Shown: positions 45,530 through 57,644 of the stretch, piece after piece
How positions within the stretch are numbered: position 1 is the first letter of the stretch
Layout: each line of letters opens with the position of its first letter
Source of the DNA: Laetmonice hystrix
Lineage: Eukaryota
Direction of reading: 5' to 3'
Length of the DNA: 64,000 bases
NCBI GenBank assembly: GCA_965235115.1
Contig: OZ249445.1
Location: 3,596,001-3,660,000, forward strand
Translations under genes and position numbers: made by a program
Notes under the pieces: generated by a model
What the model was told of the DNA's origin: nothing
The model's database searches: none
Seen by the model: the letters and a program-made list of their open reading frames with translations, nothing else

Positions 45530-45583
45530 AGAGAGACGAGGGAAGAACAGGGAAAAGTTAAAAGCACATTTTGAAAGTGTGCT

Positions 45584-46354
45584 CTATCCATTATTCCTTT
45601 AATCTCAAAATTTTTTGAGAAATTAATCTACAATCGATTAGTTACTGGTAGTGGTAAGTTAGACCATACAACTCCTCTTTTTAAATCTTTAGGTATTCTA
45701 CCTTTAAATTTACTGTATAAATATAGTATCCTAATCTTAATTTATAAAATTAGAAATGATTTTTTGCCCTCTACATTTCCAGTTCTATTTCAGAAAAATA
45801 AACAAATGAAACTTCGAGAAACTAGGCAGGATAACGATTGGCATATACCTAAATTTAGAACCTTATATATGGAGAAATCAATATTTGTACAGCTTCCTCA
45901 TCTAGGTAATGAATACTCTGAACTTTTTGAGAATAACTTGTATTGAGGTTTTTAAAAGACAGGTAAAGCATGTTCTACTTTCTGAAGAGTCCTGATTGGC
46001 AACCGTTATATATTCGCATTTTTTCTTATAATTATTTTTCTACTGTTTTCTACTGTTGCCTATGCCGTTGTTAATTCTATAATATTATCCATACATACTA
46101 CTTTATTTCAGTGATATGGTTTATTTAGATTTGTGTTTCATACATTTTCCACACCAATTTATTTGAATACTCAGCTTTTTCTATATAGATCTCATCGCTT
46201 AAAAAAACTATTTTTGTAAACCAGAATGAGATGTAGACTCCGACATAGGCCATATAGGCCTGAGGTTGTCACCCAGCTCTAAAAAATTGTATCGACTATG
46301 TAATTATAAGATGATTTATTTGAATAAAAAAAAATAAAATAAAATAAAATTAAA
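45584..46354 (+). mobile_element. Internally deleted 3' fragment of a CR1/L2-group LINE
   Basis: One frame reads LSIIPLISKFFEKLIYNRL, then HTTPLFKSLGILPL...YKIRNDFLP...ETRQDNDWHIPKFRT, then FKRQVKHVLL in a shifted frame. Ends in an A-rich (AATAA)n tail. Confidence 0.8.
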
Positions 46355-46607
46355 TTAATCTTACTTCCACTCTCTGCTTTGCTCTTTATAGACTTGATTA
46401 ATGAGGTTCGATGGAGTCCCATCTGAATGTAAATTACCTTCAACTGATAAGCTCTGAATATAATCTGATATGTGAAAAACCAAACCCATTCACCTGCAGG
46501 TTTTTGTGCACACCTGCAGCATATCTTGCTCTCACAATCTTGACCCAACATTTTATATATATATACATGTTTATATTCTGATTATAATACAAGGTGACTT
46601 TGGTTTA

Positions 46608-46802
<195 letters not shown>

Positions 46803-48852
46803 TTATAGAAATGAAAATTAATGATGATATCATTCAGATGCCTTCAGTTATATGCCTTGCCGGATTTCATACCCATAATATATCAGGACTTTCTCGTGAC
46901 CAGATTACCAAGGCACATACAACCCCTTGCTGCGTTCTCTGTGAGAGGCAGGAGGAACCATGTGTATGCCCGGAACACGCGGAACATAACTGATCCACTA
47001 AGGAACCCTGGGATGGGAAACTATACTTCTGAAACAAAACACTTGAAATTTTGCCCGTAGTGCTGGGATCGCTGAGCTGTCCATTCCGTGTGGGGCCGTC
47101 AAAGTTAGGCGTTGTATTTGGCCAACAACAGTAAACCGAGATCCCTGAGAAACAAATCCCAATGACGACTGGCGAAACCCCCACAAAGGAACCTGCTGAC
47201 ATGAATCTTCCATTCTTTGAAATAAACATTACACCAAACTAAAAACCTACAAGTTCTATTTGCCCAAGCATGGTTTTCATGCTGAAACAATAGTCAATAT
47301 GTAGTGGTCAGCAGTGTGCTTCTCTCCATTGATCAGGTACATTTAAAGTATATATTTGGTATGTGATATGGCGATATGATAGAACAGACCCTCCGGACTA
47401 TTAAAGCTATGGGGTAACTAACTCATCACTCACCCCACATTGGGGAAATATCTCATCACTCACTCCAGGTATGGGAATTAACCTATAAGTCACACCAAAC
47501 CTCTGCACTAAACCACCAGTCAGCTAGTTTGTTAGGGTTTTTTTTTTAGGGGGGGGGGGGGATTTCCAGAGGGTTGCCTGCAGCAAGACTCCGGTTCTTA
47601 GTCCCAAATCAATCAGCCATTAGCATTAGCCAGACAAACCAGCATGGCAGATGGAAAGATTAGCGGGAAACCCACGTGGGAGCGAACATGTGGCCACGAC
47701 CTCGCCACCATCAGTCAACACCAAAATCAGGGAAGCCACAAAGCCAGTCATTCACAGTTGATGGCTTCCACAATATCACGGTGGCTTCCTAAAAGATTGA
47801 CTTGGCCAGGATGAATTCTTGTCAATGTATAATCGGGAGACAAGGACTGAGTGGACAATATTGTTGTGGTGGATACAGCGCGCTCCAAACACAGCCCGGT
47901 GTCCACACACTAACCCTGGCCCACAACAATGGTGGCGGGTCGGAGAGGGTGGTGGGTGTACCACTGTCTGTGCCATGAGCGTGGGAACGGTCAGTACTGT
48001 CTCCTAATGGATCTATTGGACACTGGATGGAATGATGTCAGGGCCCACCGACCTCAACTCAATGTTCTGTCATGACTGTCACTCACACAGACCACAGTCC
48101 AAATGGGCAGAATGAGCTTCCTGTACTGGCCCGGTGGCAACACTAACTTCGTAACAACAATAATCTCTCGTACAGGGATAGACCACTGTAACATATTTGA
48201 AAACCTCTCCTCTCTACAATATGTGGTCAGTTGTTTAAATGTCGCTTTGGGCGGTTAGTCAATATAGGCAGAGTTTTGTGTGTCATACATCAATAGGTAG
48301 TTTCCCAAATCTATTTCTTTCTTACTCCATCAATGCCCATGTTAGAAGTTAAAATCGGAATCATATGTATCCACCCCCCCCCCCACCCCTCCCCTGTATT
48401 GCCACACATGCCATCCTCTCGTCCACACAATATGTAATCTGGGAGGAGTATATTCTGCTGAGCCAGTTGTTTGACACTGAGTGCTGTGTGACAATATCTG
48501 CCGTTCACATGGGCCTTGAGCAGCAGTGCTGGCGAACGTACAGGATCAGAAATAGGTCACACCATCTCACCCCACACAGGACCCTAACCCAACCCAAACT
48601 TTCCCACGGCCTCGCTTTGATCTGTCTCCCCCAACCTTCCCAACCTAAAAAAGAATTGCCATATATATTGTCATTTCTCTGGCAGAGGTAATGGCCCACA
48701 GTAACAGCCAGCGCTGTTTGAGGGAGCATCTCATAATCGGTACGCCCCCATAGTAACACCCACGAAATTTGAGGGCGGGAACTAGAAGACTATTCCTAGC
48801 TCGAAACCTGGTCCCAGTCCCTAGCCTCACCAAAAATGATCTCTAGCCCTTC

Positions 48853-49008
48853 CAGTAGCGTACCCGGGGGGGGGGGGGGGCTTGCCAATTTGCCAATTTT
48901 TGTTGTTGTTTTTTGTGCGCTTGCTGCCTCGTAAAAGCCGTAAAAATAAGACTACGACGTTGGTTATTTCCAGCACCCCCCTGGGTCCAGTTTCTGGGTA
49001 CGCCACTG
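48853..49008. mobile_element. Short G-tract MITE with 5-bp TSD
   Basis: TIRs CAGTAGCGTACCC / GGGTACGCCACTG (12/13). CCTTC duplicated at 48848-48852 and 49009-49013. Confidence 0.75.
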
Positions 49009-49144
49009 CCTTCCCCATCCTAACCCCACTTTCATAGCAATATTACCGGGGGAATATACGGCGAACCCCAGAGACTAACTCATTGGTCGGCGGCTGGGGG
49101 TCGGTGGGAAGGACGTAGGGGGCGGGGCGGTCCCTCTGTACACC

Positions 49145-52100
49145 ACCATAAACATGTCCACCACCTCCCGGGCCTTCTCTTCTACCTCAGGACGGCTAGG
49201 GTTCTCACCGCTTACTGGGCACCATAAACATGTCCACCACCTCCCTGGCCTTCCCTCCTACCTCAGGACGGCTAGGGGTTCTCACCGCTTACTGGGCACC
49301 ATAAACATGTCCACCACCTCCCTGGCCTTCCCTCCTACCTCAGGACGGCTAGGGTTCTCACCGCTTACTGGGCACCATAAACATGTCCACCACCTCCCTG
49401 GCCTTCCCTCCTACCTCAGGACGGCTAGGGTTCTCACCGCTTACTGGGCACCATAAACATGTCCACCACCTCCCGGGCCTTCCCTCCTACCTCAGGACGG
49501 CTAGGGGTTCTCACCGCTTACTGGGCACCATAAACATGTCCACCACCTCCCTGGCCTTCCCTCCTACCTCAGGACGGCTAGGGGTTCTCACCGCTTACTG
49601 GGCACCATAAACATGTCCACCACCTCCCGGGCCTTCCCTCCTACCTCAGGACGGCTAGGGGTTCTCACCGCTTACTGGGCACCATAAACATGTCCACCAC
49701 CTCCCTGGCCTTCCCTCCTACCTCAGGACGGCTAGGGGTTCTCACCGCTTACTGGGCACCATAAACATGTCCACCACCTCCCGGGCCTTCCCTCCTACCT
49801 CAGGACGGCTAGGGGTTCTCACCGCTTACTGGGCACCATAAACATGTCCACCACCTCCCGGGCCTTCCCTCCTACCTCAGGACGGCTAGGGGTTCTCACC
49901 GCTTACTGGGCACCATAAACATGTCCACCACCTCCCGGGCCTTCCCTCCTACCTCACGACTGCTAGGGGTTCTCACCGCTTACTGGGCACCATAAACATG
50001 TCCACCACCTCCCGGGCCTTCCCTCCTACCTCAGGACGGCTAGGGGTTCTCACCGCTTACTGGGCACCATAAACATGTCCACCACCTCCCGGGCCTTCCC
50101 TCCTACCTCAGGACGGCTAGGGGTTCTCACCGCTTACTGGGCACCATAAACATGTCCACCACCTCCCGGGCCTTCCCTCCTACCTCAGGACGGCTAGGGG
50201 TTCTCACCGCTTACTGGGCACCATAAACATGTCCACCACCTCCCGGGCCTTCCCTCCTACCTCAGGACGGCTAGGGGTTCTCACCGCTTACTGGGCACCA
50301 TAAACATGTCCACCACCTCCCGGGCCTTCCCTCCTACCTCAGGACGGCTAGGGGTTCTCACCGCTTACTGGGCACCATAAACATGTCCACCACCTCCCGG
50401 GCCTTCCCTCCTACCTCACGACTGCTAGGGGTTCTCACCGCTTACTGGGCACCATAAACATGTCCACCACCTCCCGGGCCTTCCCTCCTACCTCACGACT
50501 GCTAGGGGTTCTCACCGCTTACTGGGCACCATAAACATGTCCACCACCTCCCGGGCCTTCCCTCCTACCTCAGGACGGCTAGGGGTTCTCACCGCTTACT
50601 GGGCACCATAAACATGTCCACCACCTCCCGGGCCTTCCCTCCTACCTCACGACGGCTAGGGGTTCTCACCGCTTACTGGGCACCATAAACATGTCCACCA
50701 CCTCCCGGGCCTTCCCTCCTACCTCACGACTGCTAGGGGTTCTCACCGCTTACTGGGCACCATAAACATGTCCACCACCTCCCGGGCCTTCCCTCCTACC
50801 TCAGGACGGCTAGGGGTTCTCACCGCTTACTGGGCACCATAAACATGTCCACCACCTCCCGGGCCTTCCCTCCTACCTCACGACGGCTAGGGGTTCTCAC
50901 CGCTTACTGGGCACCATAAACATGTCCATGCACCACCTCCCGGGCCTTCCCTCCTACCTCATGACGGCTAGGGGTTCTCACCGCTTACTGGGCACCATAA
51001 ACATGTCCACCACCTCCCGGGCCTTCCCTCCTACCTCAGGACGGCTGGGGGTTCTCACCGCTTACTGGGCATCATAAACATGTCCACCACCTCCCTGGCC
51101 TTCCCCCCTACCTCAGGACGGCTAGGGGTTCTCACCGCTTACTGGGCACCATAAACATGTCCACCACCTCCCGGGCCTTCCCTCCTACCTCAGGACGGCT
51201 AGGGGTTCTCACCGCTTACTGGGCACCATAAACATGTCCACCACCTCCCGGGCCTTGCCTCCTACCTCAGGACGGCTAGGGGTTCTCACCGCTTACTGGG
51301 CACCATAAACATGTCCACCACCTCCCGGGCCTTGCCTCCTACCTCAGGACGGCTAGGGGTTCTCATCGCTTACTGGGCACGATAAACATGTCCACCACCT
51401 CCCGGGCCTTCCCTCCTACCTCAGGACGGCTAGGGGTTCTCACCGCTTACTGGGCACCATAAACATGTCCACCACCTCCCGGGCCTTCCCTCCTACCTCA
51501 GGACGGCTAGGGGTTCTCACCGCTTACTGGGCACCATAAACATGTCCACCACCTCCCGGGCCTTCCCTCCTACCTCAGGACGGCTAGGGGTTCTCACCGC
51601 TTACTGGGCACCATAAACATGTCCACCACCTCCCTGGCCTTCCCTCCTACCTCACGACGGCTAGGGGTTCTCACCGCTTACTGGGCACCATAAACATGTC
51701 CACCACCTCCCTGGCCTTCCCCCCTACCTCAGGACGGCTAGGGGTTCTCACCGCTTACTGGGCACCATAAACATGTCCACCACCTCCCGGGCCTTCCCTC
51801 CTACCTCACGACTGCTAGGGGTTCTCACCGCTTACTGGGCACCATAAACATGTCCACCACCTCCCGGGCCTTCCCTCCTACCTCAGGACGGCTAGGGGTT
51901 CTCACCGCTTACTGGGCACCATAAACATGTCCACCACCTCCCGGGCCTTCCCCCCTACCTCAGGACGGCTAGGGGTTCTCACCGCTTACTGGGCACCATA
52001 AACATGTCCACCACCTCCCGGGCCTTCCCCCCTACCTCAGGACGGCTAGGGGTTCTCACCGCTTACTGGGCATCATAAACATGTCCACCACCTCCCGGGC

Positions 52101-52302
52101 CTTGCCTCCTACCTCAGGACGGCTAGGGGTTCTCATCGCTTACTGGGCACCATAAACATGTCCACCACCTCCCGGGCCTTCCCTCCTACCTCAGGACGGC
52201 TAGGGGTTCTCACCGCTTACTGGGCACCATAAACATGTCCACCACCTCCCGGGCCTTCCCTCCTACCTCAGGACGGCTAGGGGTTCTCACCGCTTACTGG
52301 GC
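49145..52302. repeat. 77-bp tandem array, ~41 copies, in the large CSL intron
   Basis: Unit ACCATAAACATGTCCACCACCTCCCGGGCCTTCCCTCCTACCTCAGGACGGCTAGGGGTTCTCACCGCTTACTGGGC. Confidence 0.98.
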
Positions 52303-52576
52303 AGACAATCAGGTCAGCCCGCAATCATTCCCACACTAACCGACACCACCTGGCTACATGGGTACCTCTTACTTAACCCTGCCCCTTCACCTTACACGTC
52401 ATCTGACCTCCAGCTTTTTGATCTCGGCGGATTCCTCAAAACCTTGGTCCTAAGTCCCCCAGAGGGCAGCAGGATTTCAGGAGTGGGTCTTCACATAGTC
52501 CTGCTGATCCCGGGACTGAGACGTCAGACATGAATTCAGTTTACAACCCCATTGTTGTAGATCGTTTGAGCAGGGA

Positions 52577-54368
52577 CATATATCCCCGTCTCCCAGACCC
52601 CAGCCCTAACAACATACATACCTGTCTCCCAGACGCCAGCCCTAACAACATACATACATGTCTCCCAGACCCCAGCCCTAACAACATACATACCTGTCTC
52701 CCAGACGCCAGCCCTAACAACATACATACATGTCTCCCAGACCCCAGCCCTAACAACATACATACCTGTCTCCCAGACCCCAGCCCTAACAACATACATA
52801 CCTGTCTCACAGACCCCAACCCTAACAACATTCATACCTGTCTCCCAGACCCCAGCCCTAACAACATACATACCTGTCTCCCAGACCCCAGCCCTAACAA
52901 CATACATACCTGTCTCCCAGACCCCAGCCCTAACAACATACATACCTGTCTCCCAGACCCCAGCCCTAACAACATACATACCTGTCTCCCAGACCCCAGC
53001 CCTAACAACATACATACCTGTCTCCCAGACCCCAGCCCTAACAACATTCATACCTGTCTCCCAGACCCCAGCCCTAACAACATTCATACCTGTCTCCCAG
53101 ACCCCAGCCCTAACAACATACATACCTGTCTCCCTGACCCCAACCCTAACAACATTCATACCTGTCTCCCTGACCCCAGCCCTAACAACATACATACCTG
53201 TCTCCCAGACCCCAGCCCTAACAACATACATACCTGTCTCCCAGACCCCAACCCTAACAACATTCATACCTGTCTCCCTGACCCCAACCCTAACAACATA
53301 CATACCTGTCACCCAGACCCCAACCCTAACAACATACATACCTGTCTCCCAGACCCCAGCCCTAACAACATACATACCTGTCTCCCAGACCCCAGCCCTA
53401 ACAACATTCATACCTATCTCCCAGACCCCAGCCCTAACAACATACATACCTGTCTCCCAGACCCCAACCCTAACAACATACATACCTGTCTCCCTGACCC
53501 CAACCCTAACAACATTCATACCTGTCTCCCTGACCCCAGCCCTAACAACATACATACCTGTCTCCCAGACCCCAGCCCTAACAACATACATACCTGTCTC
53601 CCAGACCCCAACCCTAACAACATTCATACCTGTCTCCCTGACCCCAACCCTAACAACATACATACCTGTCTCCCAGACCCCAACCCTAACAACATACATA
53701 CCTGTCACCCAGACCCCAACCCTAACAACATACATACCTGTCTCCCAGACCCCAGCCCTAACAACATACATACCTGTCTCCCAGACCCCAGCCCTAACAA
53801 CATACATACCTGTCTCCCAGACCCCAGCCCTAACAACATACATACCTGTCTCACAGACCCCAGCCCTAACAACATACATACCTGTCTCCCAGACCCCAGC
53901 CCTGAACAACATACATACCTGTCTCCCAGACCCCAGCCCTGAACAACATACATACCTGTCTCCCAGACCCCAGCCCTGAACAACATACATACCTGTCTCC
54001 CAGACCCCAACCCTAACAACATACATACCTGTCACCCAGACCCCAACCCTAACAACATACATACCTGTCTCCCAGACCCCAGCCCTAACAACATACATAC
54101 CTGTCTCCCAGACCCCAACCCTAACAACATACATACCTGTCTCCCTGACCCCAGCCCTGACAACATACATACCTGTCTCCCAGACCCCAGCCCTAACAAC
54201 ATACATACCTGTCTCCCTGACCCCAGCCCTGACAACATACATACCTGTCTCCCTGACCCCAGCCCTAACAACATACATACCTGTCTCCCAGACCCCAGCC
54301 CTAACAACATTCATACCTGTCTCCCTGACCCCAGCCCTAACAACATACACACCTGTCTCCCAGACCCT
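52577..54368. repeat. 36-bp tandem array, ~50 copies
   Basis: Unit CCTGTCTCCCAGACCCCAGCCCTAACAACATACATA. Confidence 0.98.
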
Positions 54369-56485
54369 AGCTCGGATCATCATACATCCCCGACTCCCAG
54401 ACCCCAGCCCTGAACAACATCTGAGATGTCTCAGGACCCCATATACCTGTTACTCTTGAGTTTTGTCATTCCTATCAATCCGGGGGGGGGGGGTTGTTAA
54501 AAAATTAAAAAATACATATTCTGAAGTGATAGCCGATCATTTAGGTGGAGAATGAAATTCTGGTATACATTTCTCTGTCTACAAGTTGCACTGTCTGGTT
54601 ACCAGGCCGAGGTGGGTGTTCAGAGGGTTGGGGTGGGTTGGGGTGGGGTGGGGCTGACTGGCGGGGATCAAACGGTGAGGCTAATGGAGGGTTACGAGTG
54701 TGGGAAAAATCTGGAGTTTCTGGGGTGGCCACCAGGTGGAGCCAGCCGCCACTCAGACAGATCAATTAATAGAGGGGGGACAGCGGGTAGGAGGGGCGGC
54801 CGTGCTGTGGGAAAAGCAGACACTCAGTCATGGGAACCTCTCTACAATGACCCGCCACCACCTCGGCCAGTAGCACCGCCAGCACCACCAGGCTGGCACC
54901 ACCAGTAGTAGCACCACCACGGCTGGCAGGCTGCTGATGGACGGACACCACAGCCAGGCCGGGTTGGACTCGGATCTGATCTAGGATCCCCACCTTACAT
55001 TGAATGACCCACCGCTGGATCCAACCGGTCACATCATCTCTCACTGTCATTTCAAGTTACCCTGGTTCACCTTGAGCTTGTCAGTCACAGACTTACGGGA
55101 GGATTAAACATCGGTTCTGCGAGAAGATACTTATATTTGGACAATTTTTCTCCGTGGTGAGTTGCCCTAATGACGACTGAACTCAATGTCCGGTTTTTCC
55201 CTGTATTTCCTTTCTAAATTTACGATAACAAAGAGTTATTGAAGTTCATATCATTATTTTTACACATCTTTAAATGCTTGCTAAAGTCACTTTCGGCTAA
55301 CTAATCCACGATTAGTTAGCGTGATAGGAAAGGTACTTTATGGCGTAGGAAGACGTCCTATACAGGTCCAAGGACGGGCACCTGTGAAGGAACCCGGGGC
55401 CAGGGGGCAAGTCAATCATCAGAAATTACGGTTAATTGGTCCAGAAGTTAAGTGTTAATTAGGCTATTTCTATAACACTAGTCCTGTAAACGACTTACTG
55501 GAACCAATACATGTATTATGGCATATAAATGCACCTTATAGATTCTATCATCGTGGGGTTTAACAAACAAACATATCTCAGAGAACATTTTTCTGTGGCT
55601 GATCCCCGATATACGCTCATCCTTTCTATAAAGATTCTAAATATGGCCTAAGTACCGTTAGGTCTTAGCACTAACCACCCCCGGCCAGCAGCAGCAGCAG
55701 CGGGAGAGGCTGGCCGCCCTCCCGGACCGTTCAATACCCTATCGGGTAGTTGTGGGAAAAGGCAGAGGTAAGCGTGAGAAGATTACCGACGACATGCAGG
55801 AGTCTGTGGCCGCGCTGGGACCCACACAACCGGCAGCGCGCACGCTCCCACCCCGCAAGCTCTTTTCTTATTCCGCTTGTCTTTTCATATGAGAAGGTAA
55901 AAATGTCAATGGGGCGGCATGGCAGGCATTTATTTTCTACAAATACCGACAACACTGACTGTGACAGGAAACATTTTACCATATGGTTGTGTACCGCCGC
56001 CGCTGGACGGCGCTGTGCTCCGAGAGAGGGCCTAACTTGAGGACGGACACCAGCGTGAGCTGTGCGCCACCTGACGTCGATTATCGACACTTTTTACACT
56101 TGACGGAACACAACCACCAGCATGTCGCACTACAAAACATGTCGTGGAAAAAACAAACAAAAGCTTGCTCTTTAATTCTACGTTTGCGATCTACTTCAAG
56201 CTGAATTTATCCCTCATACCTCTCAGTTACAATGCAAGAAATCAAATACTAAAGCAGATGATAGTATTTTTACGGCATACTGAGGGGGGGGGGGGGGGGA
56301 CCAGTAACAGGCGGATAGAAAATGCTCTGGCAGACAGTTACGTAAAATAAATACAGTAAAGATCCTTATAAGGCAAACGTAAATTAACCTGTATCAGTAA
56401 CAGAAGGACTTATTAAACATAATTGTAGACTCATACTTAAAACAATCTCCCATTTCAAAAAACTTCAAAATGAAGACATGGGGTG

Positions 56486-56560
56486 TTAGGTTAGGTTAGA
56501 TAAGGTTAGGTTAGGTTAGATAAGGTTAGGTTAGGTTAGATAAGGTTAGGTTAGGTTAGG
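56486..56560. repeat. TTAGG-based microsatellite with a 20-bp higher-order unit
   Basis: (TTAGATAAGGTTAGGTTAGG)n. Confidence 0.9.
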
Positions 56561-57539
56561 CTATATAAATCAATTACAGACAGAAATGGAGAAACCTATT
56601 GAAATTCAACATTCCAAATGTCTTGTCGCTATGAAGCGAACGTCTCATGGCTGGTTGTTGACCTGGCTGAGGTGGAATTTGCCACACTCAAGTCCGCAGG
56701 TAGTGTGGGAGGGTGGGAATGGTGAAGGTAGGTGGCTCATTACGTCGACATCCTCCGATGTTTTGCCGAGGGTAGGTTGGTGATTGACACTGCAACCCCA
56801 CACCTTCAACCTCTGTGTTGACATTTCACAGGGATCCCTGTCACCATGGCCTGCCCGCCGGCCGGCCGGCCCCGACCCGGGCTCCACGGCCGGATCACAA
56901 GTCTACCTGTACACTGTTCACCCAGGCAGTGTGCCGGTTGTCCAATGCCACACAAGGTGAACCGTTTCAAACCTGCCTGACTGTGGCGTATAATGTTACG
57001 TAACACCGCCCAGTTACCTGCCTGGTTTCACCACTTGTACGTCTATACTGACCAGCAAAACTCATAGACAAGTGAACCAGCTATGGGTTGACAGTGGCAA
57101 ATTTCAAAGAACAGCGGGAACTGTCTAAAGCCGGGTCGAGATGATAGGTTTTAACCTTCACGTCGCGCCCCACAGGAAAACTTACCGTCCGTACAGGTGC
57201 TGGGAGAAGATTTCCGAGAGGTTTGCTCGTTCGAAAGTTTTGTCTTACGGAATAGAGAGATTTTTATTTCCATCGGTAAAACTTCTGTTTGATAACATCT
57301 CTGACCAATCACCGCACGTGTGTCTGGCACGTGGCGGAAGCGAGAATATTTTTTCTTAGACCTGACGTCACGGCCATTTCCTGACAGTGACTTCCCACGG
57401 GCCCGTAGCCTGCATGGCTGGCTTCCGACCTCTTCCCCCATGATAACTTCCCCACAAAATTTTTGGGCAGGAGGTCGGGTTAAGGTATATGTTTTTGGGA
57501 GATTCGTACACAAGTACACTGTAGCCAAGATAATACTGG

Positions 57540-57547
57540 CAGCAGCA

Positions 57548-57606
<59 letters not shown>

Positions 57607-57644
57607 ACAGCAGCAGCAGCCAGCAGCAGCAGCAGCAGCAGCAG
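57540..57644. repeat. Interrupted (CAG)n/(CTG)n microsatellite, ~33 triplets
   Basis: Read directly; longest pure run about 18 CAG. Confidence 0.97.

Larger units (their letters stand above)
47980..57399. promoter_or_regulatory. Cluster of eight perfect CSL sites (YGTGRGAA) in the CSL large intron
   Basis: Sites start at 47980, 48601 (rev), 52328 (rev), 54699, 54806, 55751, 55773 and 57392 (rev). Confidence 0.55.

Noticed and set aside
52530-54383. 470-aa and 615-aa ORFs as protein-coding genes
   Set aside because: Artefact of a stop-free 36-bp unit: open on both strands, intronic, and broken by a 37-bp variant.
56486-56560. Telomere or interstitial telomeric site
   Set aside because: Only 75 bp, interrupted by ATAAGG, inside an intron.
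47980-57399. Su(H) paired sites (head-to-head, 15-17 bp apart)
   Set aside because: No inverted pair with that spacing was found; the close pair is a direct repeat.
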